Assembly: GCA_902782125.1 (NCBI GenBank)
Contig: CACZMA010000003.1
Location: forward strand, 87,429-151,428
Reading direction: 5' to 3'
Source of the DNA: Oscillospiraceae bacterium
Lineage (GTDB): Bacteria; Bacillota; Clostridia; Saccharofermentanales; Saccharofermentanaceae
Length of the DNA: 64,000 bases
This document shows, one piece after another, positions 32,239 to 41,229 of this stretch. The translations under genes were made by a program, and so were the position numbers. The stretch's first letter is position 1, and every line of letters starts with the position of its first letter. The notes beneath the pieces were generated by a model. The model did no database searches. It worked only from the letters and a program-made list of their open reading frames with translations, and was not told the origin of the DNA.

Positions 32239-32284
32239 TATATACCTGTGTATATATTTTATCGCGGAGTGTCCGGCTTATCAA
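32239..32284 (-). promoter_or_regulatory. vapBC sigma-A promoter and inverted-repeat operator
   Basis: Minus strand TTGATA-17 nt-TAAAAT (32284-32256), immediately followed by the inverted repeat TATATAC-N4-GTATATA (32239-32256). Confidence 0.7.
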
Positions 32285-32286
32285 CA

Positions 32287-32304
32287 CTGCGATCCGGATC
32301 GCAG
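32287..32304. repeat. Perfect 18-bp palindrome between the asparaginase-like gene and the vapBC promoter
   Basis: CTGCGATCCGGATCGCAG equals its own reverse complement. There is no U-tract and its function is unknown. Confidence 0.6.
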
Positions 32305-32322
32305 ACCTTAACAGAAACGTTA

Positions 32323-33153
32323 TCAGCAGAGGATCGCTTCTGCCCAGGCGCCTTCAAACGGCATGCTTTGCAATGGTATCGCACCTGCGCCGATGAGTTC
32401 TCTTAAGCTCTCATAGATGTTGCCGCCGGAAGGTATGGGTGCGAGGAAGACCTTGATGCCTTCGGCAGTCCAGCGCCTGATATAAGGAACAAGCGATACC
32501 GGCGCCGTGCCCGAGTGGTAGCAGTCAATAAGAACTCTGTCAAAGCCGCTGCCCGGTATGACCGCGCCCGGCGCAGCAGGTATGACGAGAAGCTTCGGCA
32601 GCGGTTCGTCCGACAGGAACCTCCGTCTTCTCTTCTCTAGGATGTCCATACCTGAGAAATTCTCGAAAGTATCAGGGTGCTCACCGTAACGGCCGCTGAT
32701 GTCCGCCGACGTCACGCGGTCCAGCGGGATCGACCGTCCTTCGCAGACGACGCCGCTCTTTCCTTCTTCGAGGAATCTTATGCCGTCAGTTATCTGCTTC
32801 AGGTAATCCGAATCCGGATCGTCCGGCGGGAGAACGCTTCCTGCAATCTGGACAGGTACCGCGACTCCCAGCACCCTGTGCGCCAGCTGTGCAAAGAAGG
32901 CCATCGTATCCGTACCGTGCAGTATGAGCACGCCTTCGGGACAGATCTCTTCCATGTCTTTTGTGATCGCCTTAAGCGCCTCGCGGTAAGTCTCTGCGGT
33001 CGCATTCTCTGATGAGTAGGTCATGGGGCTTCTTACCACGGCATCGGTACCTTCGGGAAGGATGTCCGTCATATCCCTGCCGAGCACGACAGTTCCGCGC
33101 CCGTCCTTGTGTGAACCTATGGTGCCTCCGAGTAATTCAACGAGGATCTTCAA
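32323..33153 (-). CDS. Asparaginase-domain protein (short, divergent)
   Basis: LGGTIGS and LHGTDTMAF motifs. Probable TTG start at 33153. Confidence 0.75.
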   Translation of the reverse strand: MKILVELLGGTIGSHKDGRGTVVLGRDMTDILPEGTDAVVRSPMTYSSENATAETYREALKAITKDMEEICPEGVLILHGTDTMAFFAQLAHRVLGVAVPVQIAGSVLPPDDPDSDYLKQITDGIRFLEEGKSGVVCEGRSIPLDRVTSADISGRYGEHPDTFENFSGMDILEKRRRRFLSDEPLPKLLVIPAAPGAVIPGSGFDRVLIDCYHSGTAPVSLVPYIRRWTAEGIKVFLAPIPSGGNIYESLRELIGAGAIPLQSMPFEGAWAEAILC

Positions 33154-33212
33154 ATCATTGCCCCGACCTTTATAGTAGAATAATGAAAACATTATAGAAC
33201 ACGAGGATTTTT

Positions 33213-33977
33213 ATGAGAATAGTAAGCTGGAACGTGAACGGCATCAGAGCCGTGGCAGGCAAGGGGTTTGCCGAGTCGGTCTCCAAGATGGATGCAGACA
33301 TTATCGGCATTCAGGAGATCAAGGCAAACATCGAGCAGCTCTCACCCGAGATAACGGATATGGCTCCCTATAAGAGCTACTTCTATTCGGCTGAGAGAAA
33401 GGGCTATTCAGGCACGGCGCTCTATACTAAGATGCCGTGTGAGGTATCCTATGGTCTCGGCACCGAGGAATTCGATCATGAAGGAAGAGTCATCCGCGCA
33501 GATTACGGTGACTTTGCACTGTTCAACATCTACTTCCCGAACGGCGGAAGAGGAGATGATTACGTTAAGTTCAAGCTGAGATTCTACGACTGTTTCCTGG
33601 ATCTGGTTACGGAACTTCAGAAGCAGGGCCGCGAGGTCATATGCTGCGGCGACGTCAATACTGCGCACAAGGAGATCGACCTGTCGAATCCGAAGGCTAA
33701 CTCAAAGGTGTCGGGCTTCCTTCCCGAAGAGCGCGCCTACATGGATAAGTTTGCGGACAGGGGCCTCATCGACACCTTCAGGATGCTCCATCCCGACAAG
33801 GCCGAGGCCTATTCCTGGTGGTCATATAAGACATTTGCAAGAGACAGGAACGTCGGCTGGAGGATCGATTATTTCTTCGTCACGGAAGGTCTCAGATCCA
33901 AGGTTATAGAGTCGGATATGATGAGCGATGTGATGGGTTCGGATCACTGCCCGATATACCTCGATCTGGATATCTGA
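33213..33977 (+). CDS. xth: Exodeoxyribonuclease III / AP endonuclease
   Basis: SWNVNGIRA, QEIK, EGRV, NIYFPNG, CGDVNTAH, GWRIDYF, GSDHCP. Confidence 0.96.
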   Translation: MRIVSWNVNGIRAVAGKGFAESVSKMDADIIGIQEIKANIEQLSPEITDMAPYKSYFYSAERKGYSGTALYTKMPCEVSYGLGTEEFDHEGRVIRADYGDFALFNIYFPNGGRGDDYVKFKLRFYDCFLDLVTELQKQGREVICCGDVNTAHKEIDLSNPKANSKVSGFLPEERAYMDKFADRGLIDTFRMLHPDKAEAYSWWSYKTFARDRNVGWRIDYFFVTEGLRSKVIESDMMSDVMGSDHCPIYLDLDI

Positions 33978-34048
33978 CATCAGGATATTATGATAAGATT
34001 ATCAATGTAACGACAGGCACTTTGCATCACATAACGGAGAACAAGAAT

Positions 34049-34984
34049 ATGGGTTTGAATTTCAGGAAATCTATCTCACTCGGCAACGGATTGAAGCTTA
34101 ACCTCAGCAAGTCAGGACCGAGCTTATCTTTCGGCAAGAGCGGTATGCGCCAGTCTATCAATCTCAAGGGACAGACACGCACGAGCGTGGGCATTCCCGG
34201 TACGGGTGTTTACTATACCAAGACGAGCAACGTGAAGAACCTTTTCGGAGGCAAGGATAAGAAAGCTGCCGCTGCAAAAGGTGCGAAGACTGCAGCCAAG
34301 ACCTCAGCTGCCTCCAAGGGCCTGTCCGAAGCAGAGCTCGAGCAGAACCGCAATATAGTCGCAGAGTACGAGGCAGCAGTAGAGCAGCTCAAGTCCATCC
34401 ACAAGCTGAGCGACGGCGCCATCGACTGGACGACGCTTACGGCAGGCGATCTGGCACCCTTCGCGCAGAGCGTCCTGGCAGGTGATATCGATTCGTACTT
34501 CAAGGTAATAGAAGAAGTCGGCCCGTTCGATGACCTTCTCGAATACGGAAGCAGCTTCGAAGTCGGAACGGACGATCCTTCGATCCTCGAAGTCGAGTTC
34601 AACGTAAAGTCAAAAGAGGTCCTCCCGACCACCGTTCTGAGCCTCAAGGCTGACGGTACGGTCTCCGAGAAGGAGATGACCAAGACGGCATACTTTGATC
34701 TCATGAGAGACTACGTCTCGAGCACGATCTTAAGAGTAGCGAGAGATACTTTCGCACTTCTTCCGGTACAAACTGTCTTAATCCACGCACAGGATGTTCA
34801 GGTCAACAGCGCTACCGGACAGGACGAGGAGTTCACTCTCGTATCCGCAAAGATAACCAGGAACCAGATCGGAGGCATCAACTTCGAGAGAGTCGATCCT
34901 TCCGACTGCCTCAATTCGTTCGAATGCAATGAGAAGTTCCGTAAAACAGAAGGATACGCTCCCGTGGACCGCATCCTTCCTTAA
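34049..34984 (+). CDS. DUF4236 domain protein
   Basis: N-terminus MGLNFRKSISLGNGLKLNLSKSG...GIPGTGVYY is typical of DUF4236. Confidence 0.8.
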   Translation: MGLNFRKSISLGNGLKLNLSKSGPSLSFGKSGMRQSINLKGQTRTSVGIPGTGVYYTKTSNVKNLFGGKDKKAAAAKGAKTAAKTSAASKGLSEAELEQNRNIVAEYEAAVEQLKSIHKLSDGAIDWTTLTAGDLAPFAQSVLAGDIDSYFKVIEEVGPFDDLLEYGSSFEVGTDDPSILEVEFNVKSKEVLPTTVLSLKADGTVSEKEMTKTAYFDLMRDYVSSTILRVARDTFALLPVQTVLIHAQDVQVNSATGQDEEFTLVSAKITRNQIGGINFERVDPSDCLNSFECNEKFRKTEGYAPVDRILP

Positions 34985-35005
34985 GTTCGGTTATTAACTT
35001 CAGCT

Positions 35006-35923
35006 TTATCTCAGGAATCCTTCGATGATCTTCGCTTCGGCCTGTGCCTCGGTGAGGCCTAAGGTCATGAGCTTCGTTATCTGTTCGCCTGCGATCTTAC
35101 CTATCGCTGCCTCGTGAATAAGCGAAGCATCGACGCACGCCGCCTTGAGCTTCGGGGTAGCCACGATGACACCCTTGTCCATGATGATTGAATCGCATTC
35201 TGCGTGGCCGTGGCATCTTGCATTGCCTGCGATATCGATAATGACATCCTGAGCTGACTCGCCCTTTGCAACGCCTCTGCTGATGATGTCGCAGCTCGAA
35301 TCGTCACCGTCCAGAGTTACGATTAGCTCTGCCTTGGCAGTCTGATCGGAGTTGGTAAGGATCTTGTCATGGATGCGGAGTGTCGCACCCTCGCCGACCT
35401 TTGCCTTTGTGATCCTCAGAGTGTCGTTGATGCCGCCGATCTGAGATGTCTCCATCTCAACGGTAGATCCTTCAGCCAGATCCACCTCGGTAGTCGGATT
35501 CATCAGGCGCTTGCCTTCGCCCGTACCTTCGCCGTAATGCTTCTCGATATACTTCAGGCGGGAATTCCTGCCGACATGGAAAGAGTGCACGCCGTCGTGT
35601 CTGCTGTCCTGTCCGCCGCAGTTGCTTATACCGCATCCTGCCACGATGACGACGTCACAGTCTTCGCCGATGAAGAACTCGTTGTACACCGTCTCCTTGT
35701 GTCCTGACTTGCTTATGATGACAGGGATATGGCAGGACTCGTTCTTTGTGCCGTCCTTGATATAGATGTTGATGCCCTTTCCGTCTTCCCTGGATTCGAT
35801 ATCGATATTTGCAGTCGAATTACGCGCTTCGCTCTTGCCGTTGTTCCTTATGTTGAAGGCGCCTACGGGAAGCGAATCAAGCTCTGCCACTTCTTTAAGT
35901 ATCTTCTTCTCAAGATCATCCAT
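35006..35923 (-). CDS. SufB/SufD-family Fe-S scaffold (SmsB-like)
   Basis: Beta-helix-type repeats, GHAECDSII, HEAAIGKI, MTLGLTEAQAE C-terminus; 305 aa. Confidence 0.85.
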   Translation of the reverse strand: MDDLEKKILKEVAELDSLPVGAFNIRNNGKSEARNSTANIDIESREDGKGINIYIKDGTKNESCHIPVIISKSGHKETVYNEFFIGEDCDVVIVAGCGISNCGGQDSRHDGVHSFHVGRNSRLKYIEKHYGEGTGEGKRLMNPTTEVDLAEGSTVEMETSQIGGINDTLRITKAKVGEGATLRIHDKILTNSDQTAKAELIVTLDGDDSSCDIISRGVAKGESAQDVIIDIAGNARCHGHAECDSIIMDKGVIVATPKLKAACVDASLIHEAAIGKIAGEQITKLMTLGLTEAQAEAKIIEGFLR

Positions 35924-36647
35924 TGCAGGTTACCCCCTCTGCTCCGGCTACCACGCAGCCTCTGCGGTGCCTTCTCTCATTCATGCCGAGCTCATCCATG
36001 ATGACTTCGCTGTCATCGTATCTGTCGATCTGTCCGTCCTTGAGGTAGATGATCTTATCGGATATCTCCAATATCCTCTCCTGATGGCTGATGATGAGGA
36101 TGTTGCCCTGCGTTACATCGCCCAGCTTCTCGAAGACTTCTATGAGGTTCTGGAAGCTCCACAGGTCGATGCCTGCCTCGGGCTCATCGAAAAGGCTCAG
36201 CTTACCGCCTCTTGCAGCCGCCGTGGCGATCTCGATCCTCTTCATCTCACCGCCCGAGAGCGTATCGTTGATCTCACGGTCGAGATAATCCTTCGGGCAA
36301 AGACCTACCGCCCTTAAGTACTTGCCCATGTTCACTTCATCGCCCTTGGCAATGGAGATGACATCTCTGACGCGGAGTCCCTTGAACCTTACGGGCTGCT
36401 GGAATGCAAAGCTCATTCCCTTGTCCGCACGCTCGTTGATGGGAAGATCCGTTATGTCTTCTCCGTCGAAGATCACCCTGCCTGATGTCGGCTTGATGAT
36501 GCCCATAATGACCTTGAGCAGGGTTGATTTACCGCTGCCGTTAGGACCTGTCACCGCGACGAACTTGTCGTCTATCTTAATGCTTATGTCCTTGAGGATC
36601 TCCTTGCCGTCATCGGCGCGGAAGCCTATGTTCTGCAGTTCGAGCAT
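35916..36647 (-). CDS. SufC-like ABC ATPase (SmsC-like)
   Basis: GPNGSGKST, LSGGEMKRIE, FDEPEAGIDLWSF, ISHQ. Real start ATG 36647. Overlaps the sufB-like gene. Confidence 0.85.
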   Translation of the reverse strand: MLELQNIGFRADDGKEILKDISIKIDDKFVAVTGPNGSGKSTLLKVIMGIIKPTSGRVIFDGEDITDLPINERADKGMSFAFQQPVRFKGLRVRDVISIAKGDEVNMGKYLRAVGLCPKDYLDREINDTLSGGEMKRIEIATAAARGGKLSLFDEPEAGIDLWSFQNLIEVFEKLGDVTQGNILIISHQERILEISDKIIYLKDGQIDRYDDSEVIMDELGMNERRHRRGCVVAGAEGVTCNG

Positions 36648-36723
36648 ATATATTCTCCTTGAACGGTTCTTTATTTTCCGCACATACTTTAAACTGTTTG
36701 GGTGTAATAAACAATAGTTATTT

Positions 36724-36737
36724 TCGACATATGTCGA
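36724..36737. promoter_or_regulatory. Perfect 14-bp palindrome in the divergent sufC/nudix intergenic region, candidate operator
   Basis: TCGACATATGTCGA flanked by T- and A-tracts. Confidence 0.45.
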
Positions 36738-36811
36738 TAAAATTTTACTGACAACCTTGTACAGCGTGTGGCATAATACACCGAGTAATAAAAAGGCGGG
36801 GCACCCTGATA

Positions 36812-37432
36812 ATGGACGATAAGAGGATATCAGAGATAGCACATGAACTGGCGGCGATAGCAACTGCCGGCAAGTTCTATACCAAGAATAAGTTCGATAC
36901 GGAACACTATGAGAATATCCTGGCACTTGCCAGAGAGCTGCTTACCATCGGCACGGACATAACGCCCGAACAGGCAGCCGAACTCCTTGAAGGGAATGAC
37001 GGCTATCAGACCCCTAAGGTGGAGACGCGCGCAGTCATCTTCAACGAAGAGGAGAAGATCCTTCTGGTAAGGGATTTTGACGGCAGATGGAATCCGCCCG
37101 GAGGCTGGTGCGAGCACAATCTGTCGATCTACGACAACACGATCAAGGAAGTGCGCGAGGAGACCGGTCTTACGGCCGAGCCGTACCGTCTGGCTGCCGT
37201 CTTCGACCACAGGAAGAGCAACAACGCGAACTCTTTCTTCTCCATCTGCAAGTGCTTCGTACTCTGCAAAAACCTCGGCGGAAGCTTTGTCCCGAATATC
37301 GAGACGACGGAGACGGGGTATTTTGCCCTTGATGATCTTCCTGACATCAATACCCACAAGTGCACGCCCCGTGAGCTCGAGATCTGCCTTAAGGCTTACA
37401 GGGCTGATACCTGGGAAACTGTATTCGAATAA
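36812..37432 (+). CDS. Nudix hydrolase with an N-terminal Nudix_N domain (YjhB-like)
   Basis: GYQTPKVETRAVIF and PGGWCEHNLSIYDNTIKEVREETGL Nudix box. Confidence 0.9.
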   Translation: MDDKRISEIAHELAAIATAGKFYTKNKFDTEHYENILALARELLTIGTDITPEQAAELLEGNDGYQTPKVETRAVIFNEEEKILLVRDFDGRWNPPGGWCEHNLSIYDNTIKEVREETGLTAEPYRLAAVFDHRKSNNANSFFSICKCFVLCKNLGGSFVPNIETTETGYFALDDLPDINTHKCTPRELEICLKAYRADTWETVFE

Positions 37433-37454
37433 GCATTCGTTATATAATATCCTT

Positions 37455-39107
37455 ATGAGAAAAAACGACTCCTACATCTTCGTCACGCAGGACAAGCTTG
37501 CTGACTTTGCCAGATATAACATCGGTCTTGCGGATATCCTGAACGTAGATCTTGATGACATCCCCGAACTCGAGCCTGACGTCTTCGACTTCGAGAATGA
37601 TTATCCCATGTCTCTTGATGACCTGAAGAGCGCGCTCGAGAACTTCAGGGACGAGGATACTGATGTATATGAGTTCCTTCTTAACTGGTGGTATCCGACG
37701 CTGCTGTATTTCTACGACAGCCTCTGCCTTGACGAGGTAATGGGTCCTGATGCCGATCTCGTGGGAACCATCGATGTGCCCGATCTTCCGGTCACGGAAG
37801 AAGACCTTATCGCGACCATATTCAATGTCATCGGCAGATCCGTGCATTCACCGACATTCCCGACGAATGCCGCTTCACTTGCCCGCGTCCTCGATATCGA
37901 ATCCATGATAGAGATGATCGACAACTTCAACGAGGACCGTGACCTTCCGGTAGACAAGAGAAGGTACACCACCCCTCAGAAGATCGCGTTCATCAACCAC
38001 TGGAACAACGACCTCATGCTCGAGGATGCACCTGAGCATACCAGACGCATGTTCAGGAAGTTCACGGACGAGCTTGCGGAAGAGAAGGTTTTCGATGCGA
38101 TCAAGATCAAGGCGTACTGCCTGTACGGCGGCAACTCGGTGTATCCGTGCGACTATGCCGCATCGGCAAAGCTCCTGGAGATCCTGTGGAAGGACTTCAG
38201 CTTCGGGTATGCGGCAGACACTCTCGGTTATATCTACTATTACGGCAGACTGACGGACGGCAGGCCGGACTATGAGAAGGCCTTTTTCTATTTCACCGTG
38301 GCATCAGCCTATAACATAACGGAGGCAAGATATAAGCTCGCCGACATGTTCCTCAACGGATACTATGTCGCGCCCAATCCGCCGCTCGCCTATCAGACGT
38401 ACATCAAGCTCTACAACGAGACGAGATACTATTTTGAAGACGGCGATTACGGCTGTGATTTTGCGGACTGTGCCCTGAGGATGGAGCGCGTTCTGTCCCT
38501 CATGCCGGTCCAGTGCGTTCACAAGTATAAGATCCTTCTGGAAGCAGCTTATGCGATAGACAAGAGGATCAGATACAACAAGGAGATCGGCGATGACAGC
38601 GTGGCAGCTTCGATCAGGGAGAAGCTCGCACAGGCAAAGCAGGAAGTGATGGGCTTCCCGACTTTCAATTACGGCTCGCGCACGCAGCGCCTCGGCAACA
38701 ACAACACTACCGAGCCGATAGAGGAATTCGTCAACAGCTTCAAGACCTCTTATGCCATGAGCGTAAAGAGGACCGGAAGCAGGTTCAAGATCACCTTAAG
38801 CCGCATGCCTCAGGTGTTCGGCGGCAAAGTCCAGTTGTCGCTGTCGACGCAGCCGTGGGTGGATTTTACGGGACTTGTGAGCAAGTTCGATCTGACGGTC
38901 GATGCCGGAGAGAACACGCAGTTCCTCGACTTCCTCATCGACAGGAAGGGCGGCAAGTGCGAGTTCGACGCATTAACGGTATCTGACCCCATCGAATACT
39001 CTGACCTCACGTCATTCTCATTCTATGACCATGGAAGACTTGTCTGCATGTTTACGGCAGACAGGGTGTTCTTCAACAAGCCGAAGGACGAATCGGAAGA
39101 TAACTGA
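37455..39107 (+). CDS. Sel1-like repeat protein
   Basis: TLGYIYYYG...DYEKAFFYF and ARYKLADMFLNGYYV repeats. Start ATG 37455; the track ORF extension overlaps nudix. Confidence 0.75.
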   Translation: MRKNDSYIFVTQDKLADFARYNIGLADILNVDLDDIPELEPDVFDFENDYPMSLDDLKSALENFRDEDTDVYEFLLNWWYPTLLYFYDSLCLDEVMGPDADLVGTIDVPDLPVTEEDLIATIFNVIGRSVHSPTFPTNAASLARVLDIESMIEMIDNFNEDRDLPVDKRRYTTPQKIAFINHWNNDLMLEDAPEHTRRMFRKFTDELAEEKVFDAIKIKAYCLYGGNSVYPCDYAASAKLLEILWKDFSFGYAADTLGYIYYYGRLTDGRPDYEKAFFYFTVASAYNITEARYKLADMFLNGYYVAPNPPLAYQTYIKLYNETRYYFEDGDYGCDFADCALRMERVLSLMPVQCVHKYKILLEAAYAIDKRIRYNKEIGDDSVAASIREKLAQAKQEVMGFPTFNYGSRTQRLGNNNTTEPIEEFVNSFKTSYAMSVKRTGSRFKITLSRMPQVFGGKVQLSLSTQPWVDFTGLVSKFDLTVDAGENTQFLDFLIDRKGGKCEFDALTVSDPIEYSDLTSFSFYDHGRLVCMFTADRVFFNKPKDESEDN

Positions 39108-39114
39108 TCCGGCC

Positions 39115-40530
39115 TTACAGTGAGAGCTTGTTATATGTCCAGGGATTGCTGCTGGTGAAGCTGTCCGGGAACTTACCCTTAGAGAAGAGCTGGAATCTCA
39201 TTGCCCTTACCGACTTCATGTACGGCTTGCAGGCATTGCCTATCTCGCGGCAGAGCTTCTCGGCACCCTCTTCGGGACAGTCAACGATGCAGATATAAGC
39301 CCTGTCCTTCGGATCTTCCGAATTAGTGCTCATGAGGACTGCTATCTTGGCGATCTCGGGATGTGTATCACCGAACTTCCTGACCGCCTGCGCGAGCAGC
39401 TTGAACTCGCCTGTCTCCTTCGGCTTGGATACGATCATCTTCTTTGCGGGAGACAGGGGTGTCACTACTGTAGGCTTCTCGTTAACTGCATCGAATCCCG
39501 ACTTGTCTGCAGCATCTTCGCCGTACTTCTCGGAGAAATGTCCGGTGAGGCAGAGGCTCTCGACGAGATTCTTGGGGAAAGTGAACACAACGGGACCGTG
39601 GGGATTGACCACAAAGCCCGCATGTCTGTCGTCCTTTGCAATGGCAGCGATCTTAGCGAAAGACATATTGAGCGCTGCCTGCTTCTCCTTGTTAAGCGAC
39701 TTGAAGTTACCCTTCGAGAGCGTGTTGGCATCGGTATAAACGGGAAGCAGGATCTTCTCGGGATCGTTCTTATCCTTCATGCCGGGGAATCCGATCCTCT
39801 TCTTGTTCGGATCACCGGGATCTGCCGAGATATTCGCGGGAACAAGGAAGCTTGAATCTATCGCGACGGCCATCATCGAACCAAAATAATCCTGATTGCC
39901 GTGGAATCTTACATACTCAGCCATCATGGCCAGGAATCTGGGGTTCTCGAGGAACGCTTCCTGCTCACCGTGCTTCAGAGTCTTGGGAGCCTTTCCGGTA
40001 AGAACGGCATATCGTCCGATCGGTCTTGAAGCCGCTTCATCCGGAGTCTCGGGAGCCGGAAGGTCACCCTTCGATACTTCGATCTCGACTCTCTCGTTCT
40101 CAGCCTCGTCCAGGATGGTATGCTCTTCGTTCCTGATCTGCAGGACCTCGAGCTTATGCACCTCACCGTGACCGTGCAGGACATAGATCTCGTCACCCTT
40201 CTTCAGCTTGCCTCTGAGCATGCCTCCGAAAACAAGCGCACCCTCGTTATCGGGCTCAACCTGGGGAACATCATCTATCAAAAGGAAGAAGTTATCTCCC
40301 TGCTTATCGAGAGCAAGGACCTGCTCTGCGCCGAATGCAGCCTTCGCCTCTATGGCTTCAGCCTCAGCCTTCTCTCGGGCAGCGGCCTCTTCCCTCTCCC
40401 TTATCCTCTCTTCTTTTTCCTGCTGAACTTCTTCCCTTGCTTCAAGGATGACCTTCATCTCTTCAGCGATCTCGCTGTTCTGAAGAAGATCATCATCCTT
40501 GCCGTTGTCTTTCCTGCCGAAAAGTCCCAT
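39115..40530 (-). CDS. SseB-family protein with an EF-Tu domain II-like beta-barrel and SseB_C
   Basis: LPVYTD and VVNPHG SseB motifs, C-terminal SseB_C-like segment. An upstream FFLLIDDV...GKLKKGDEI segment resembles EF-Tu domain II. Start ATG 40530. Confidence 0.65.
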   Translation of the reverse strand: MGLFGRKDNGKDDDLLQNSEIAEEMKVILEAREEVQQEKEERIREREEAAAREKAEAEAIEAKAAFGAEQVLALDKQGDNFFLLIDDVPQVEPDNEGALVFGGMLRGKLKKGDEIYVLHGHGEVHKLEVLQIRNEEHTILDEAENERVEIEVSKGDLPAPETPDEAASRPIGRYAVLTGKAPKTLKHGEQEAFLENPRFLAMMAEYVRFHGNQDYFGSMMAVAIDSSFLVPANISADPGDPNKKRIGFPGMKDKNDPEKILLPVYTDANTLSKGNFKSLNKEKQAALNMSFAKIAAIAKDDRHAGFVVNPHGPVVFTFPKNLVESLCLTGHFSEKYGEDAADKSGFDAVNEKPTVVTPLSPAKKMIVSKPKETGEFKLLAQAVRKFGDTHPEIAKIAVLMSTNSEDPKDRAYICIVDCPEEGAEKLCREIGNACKPYMKSVRAMRFQLFSKGKFPDSFTSSNPWTYNKLSL

Positions 40531-40613
40531 GTGTAGGTTATCCCCCTGACATACAGTCTTAATTTTACCCAACGATTATAGCATACTGCCGCCGCCTTTA
40601 CTTTAATTGTAAA

Positions 40614-41228
40614 ATGGGCTTAAATAATGCTATGTACGATAAACAGGAGATATTTCTTAAGGCCGTAGAGGCTTATAACCACGCAGAAGATACGATAATG
40701 CGTATCGACAGCGTCTTCCGCACAATATCCGGTAATGATTATGATCCGGAGACGACGCTCGCACAGTTCGATATACTGCTGCAGGGCGTGCTCGTCAGTG
40801 TCGCGTGTTCAGACATGATCTTCGATGACATCGAGCAGCAGTTCATACAGAACATCGCAGTGCACGGAGACCTTTTTGACTATATAAGAACAGATTCTAA
40901 CGGAGAGGTCGATCTTACCTGGGAAGACTTTGCCGGGGCAGAGACGAAGGGCCAGCTGTCGCTGGTGTCCATTCTCCCGCAGGTGCTCGCAGACCAGTGC
41001 GAGAGCTTCGTGCTTCCCCTTGCCGCAGTTGATTTCTCTTACAGTCAGTACGGCAATCTGCCGACTACCCCCGGTGATTTCCTGCGTTCGATAGAGAGCG
41101 ATATGATAACGATAGCAACGCTCCTTGCTTTCGTTGACGATGAAGGAGAGCCGGTCGAGGTCAATGCTGCCGCAGAGATGATCTACGCATTAGTCGAGAG
41201 ACATTGGAAAGGCCTGATCGAGGCCTGA
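40614..41228 (+). CDS. Hypothetical protein (acidic, helical)
   Basis: 204-aa ORF with normal codon usage and no recognised motif. An alternative start lies at 40632. Confidence 0.65.
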   Translation: MGLNNAMYDKQEIFLKAVEAYNHAEDTIMRIDSVFRTISGNDYDPETTLAQFDILLQGVLVSVACSDMIFDDIEQQFIQNIAVHGDLFDYIRTDSNGEVDLTWEDFAGAETKGQLSLVSILPQVLADQCESFVLPLAAVDFSYSQYGNLPTTPGDFLRSIESDMITIATLLAFVDDEGEPVEVNAAAEMIYALVERHWKGLIEA

Positions 41229-41229
41229 A

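Noticed and set aside
36648-36926. Extension of the SufC-like ORF
   Set aside because: It crosses the AT-rich divergent promoter region and the nudix start. An AAGGAG RBS supports ATG 36647.
37077-37454. N-terminal extension of the Sel1 ORF overlapping nudix
   Set aside because: It is an alternative frame of the nudix gene. An AT-rich gap and ATG at 37455 fit the real start.
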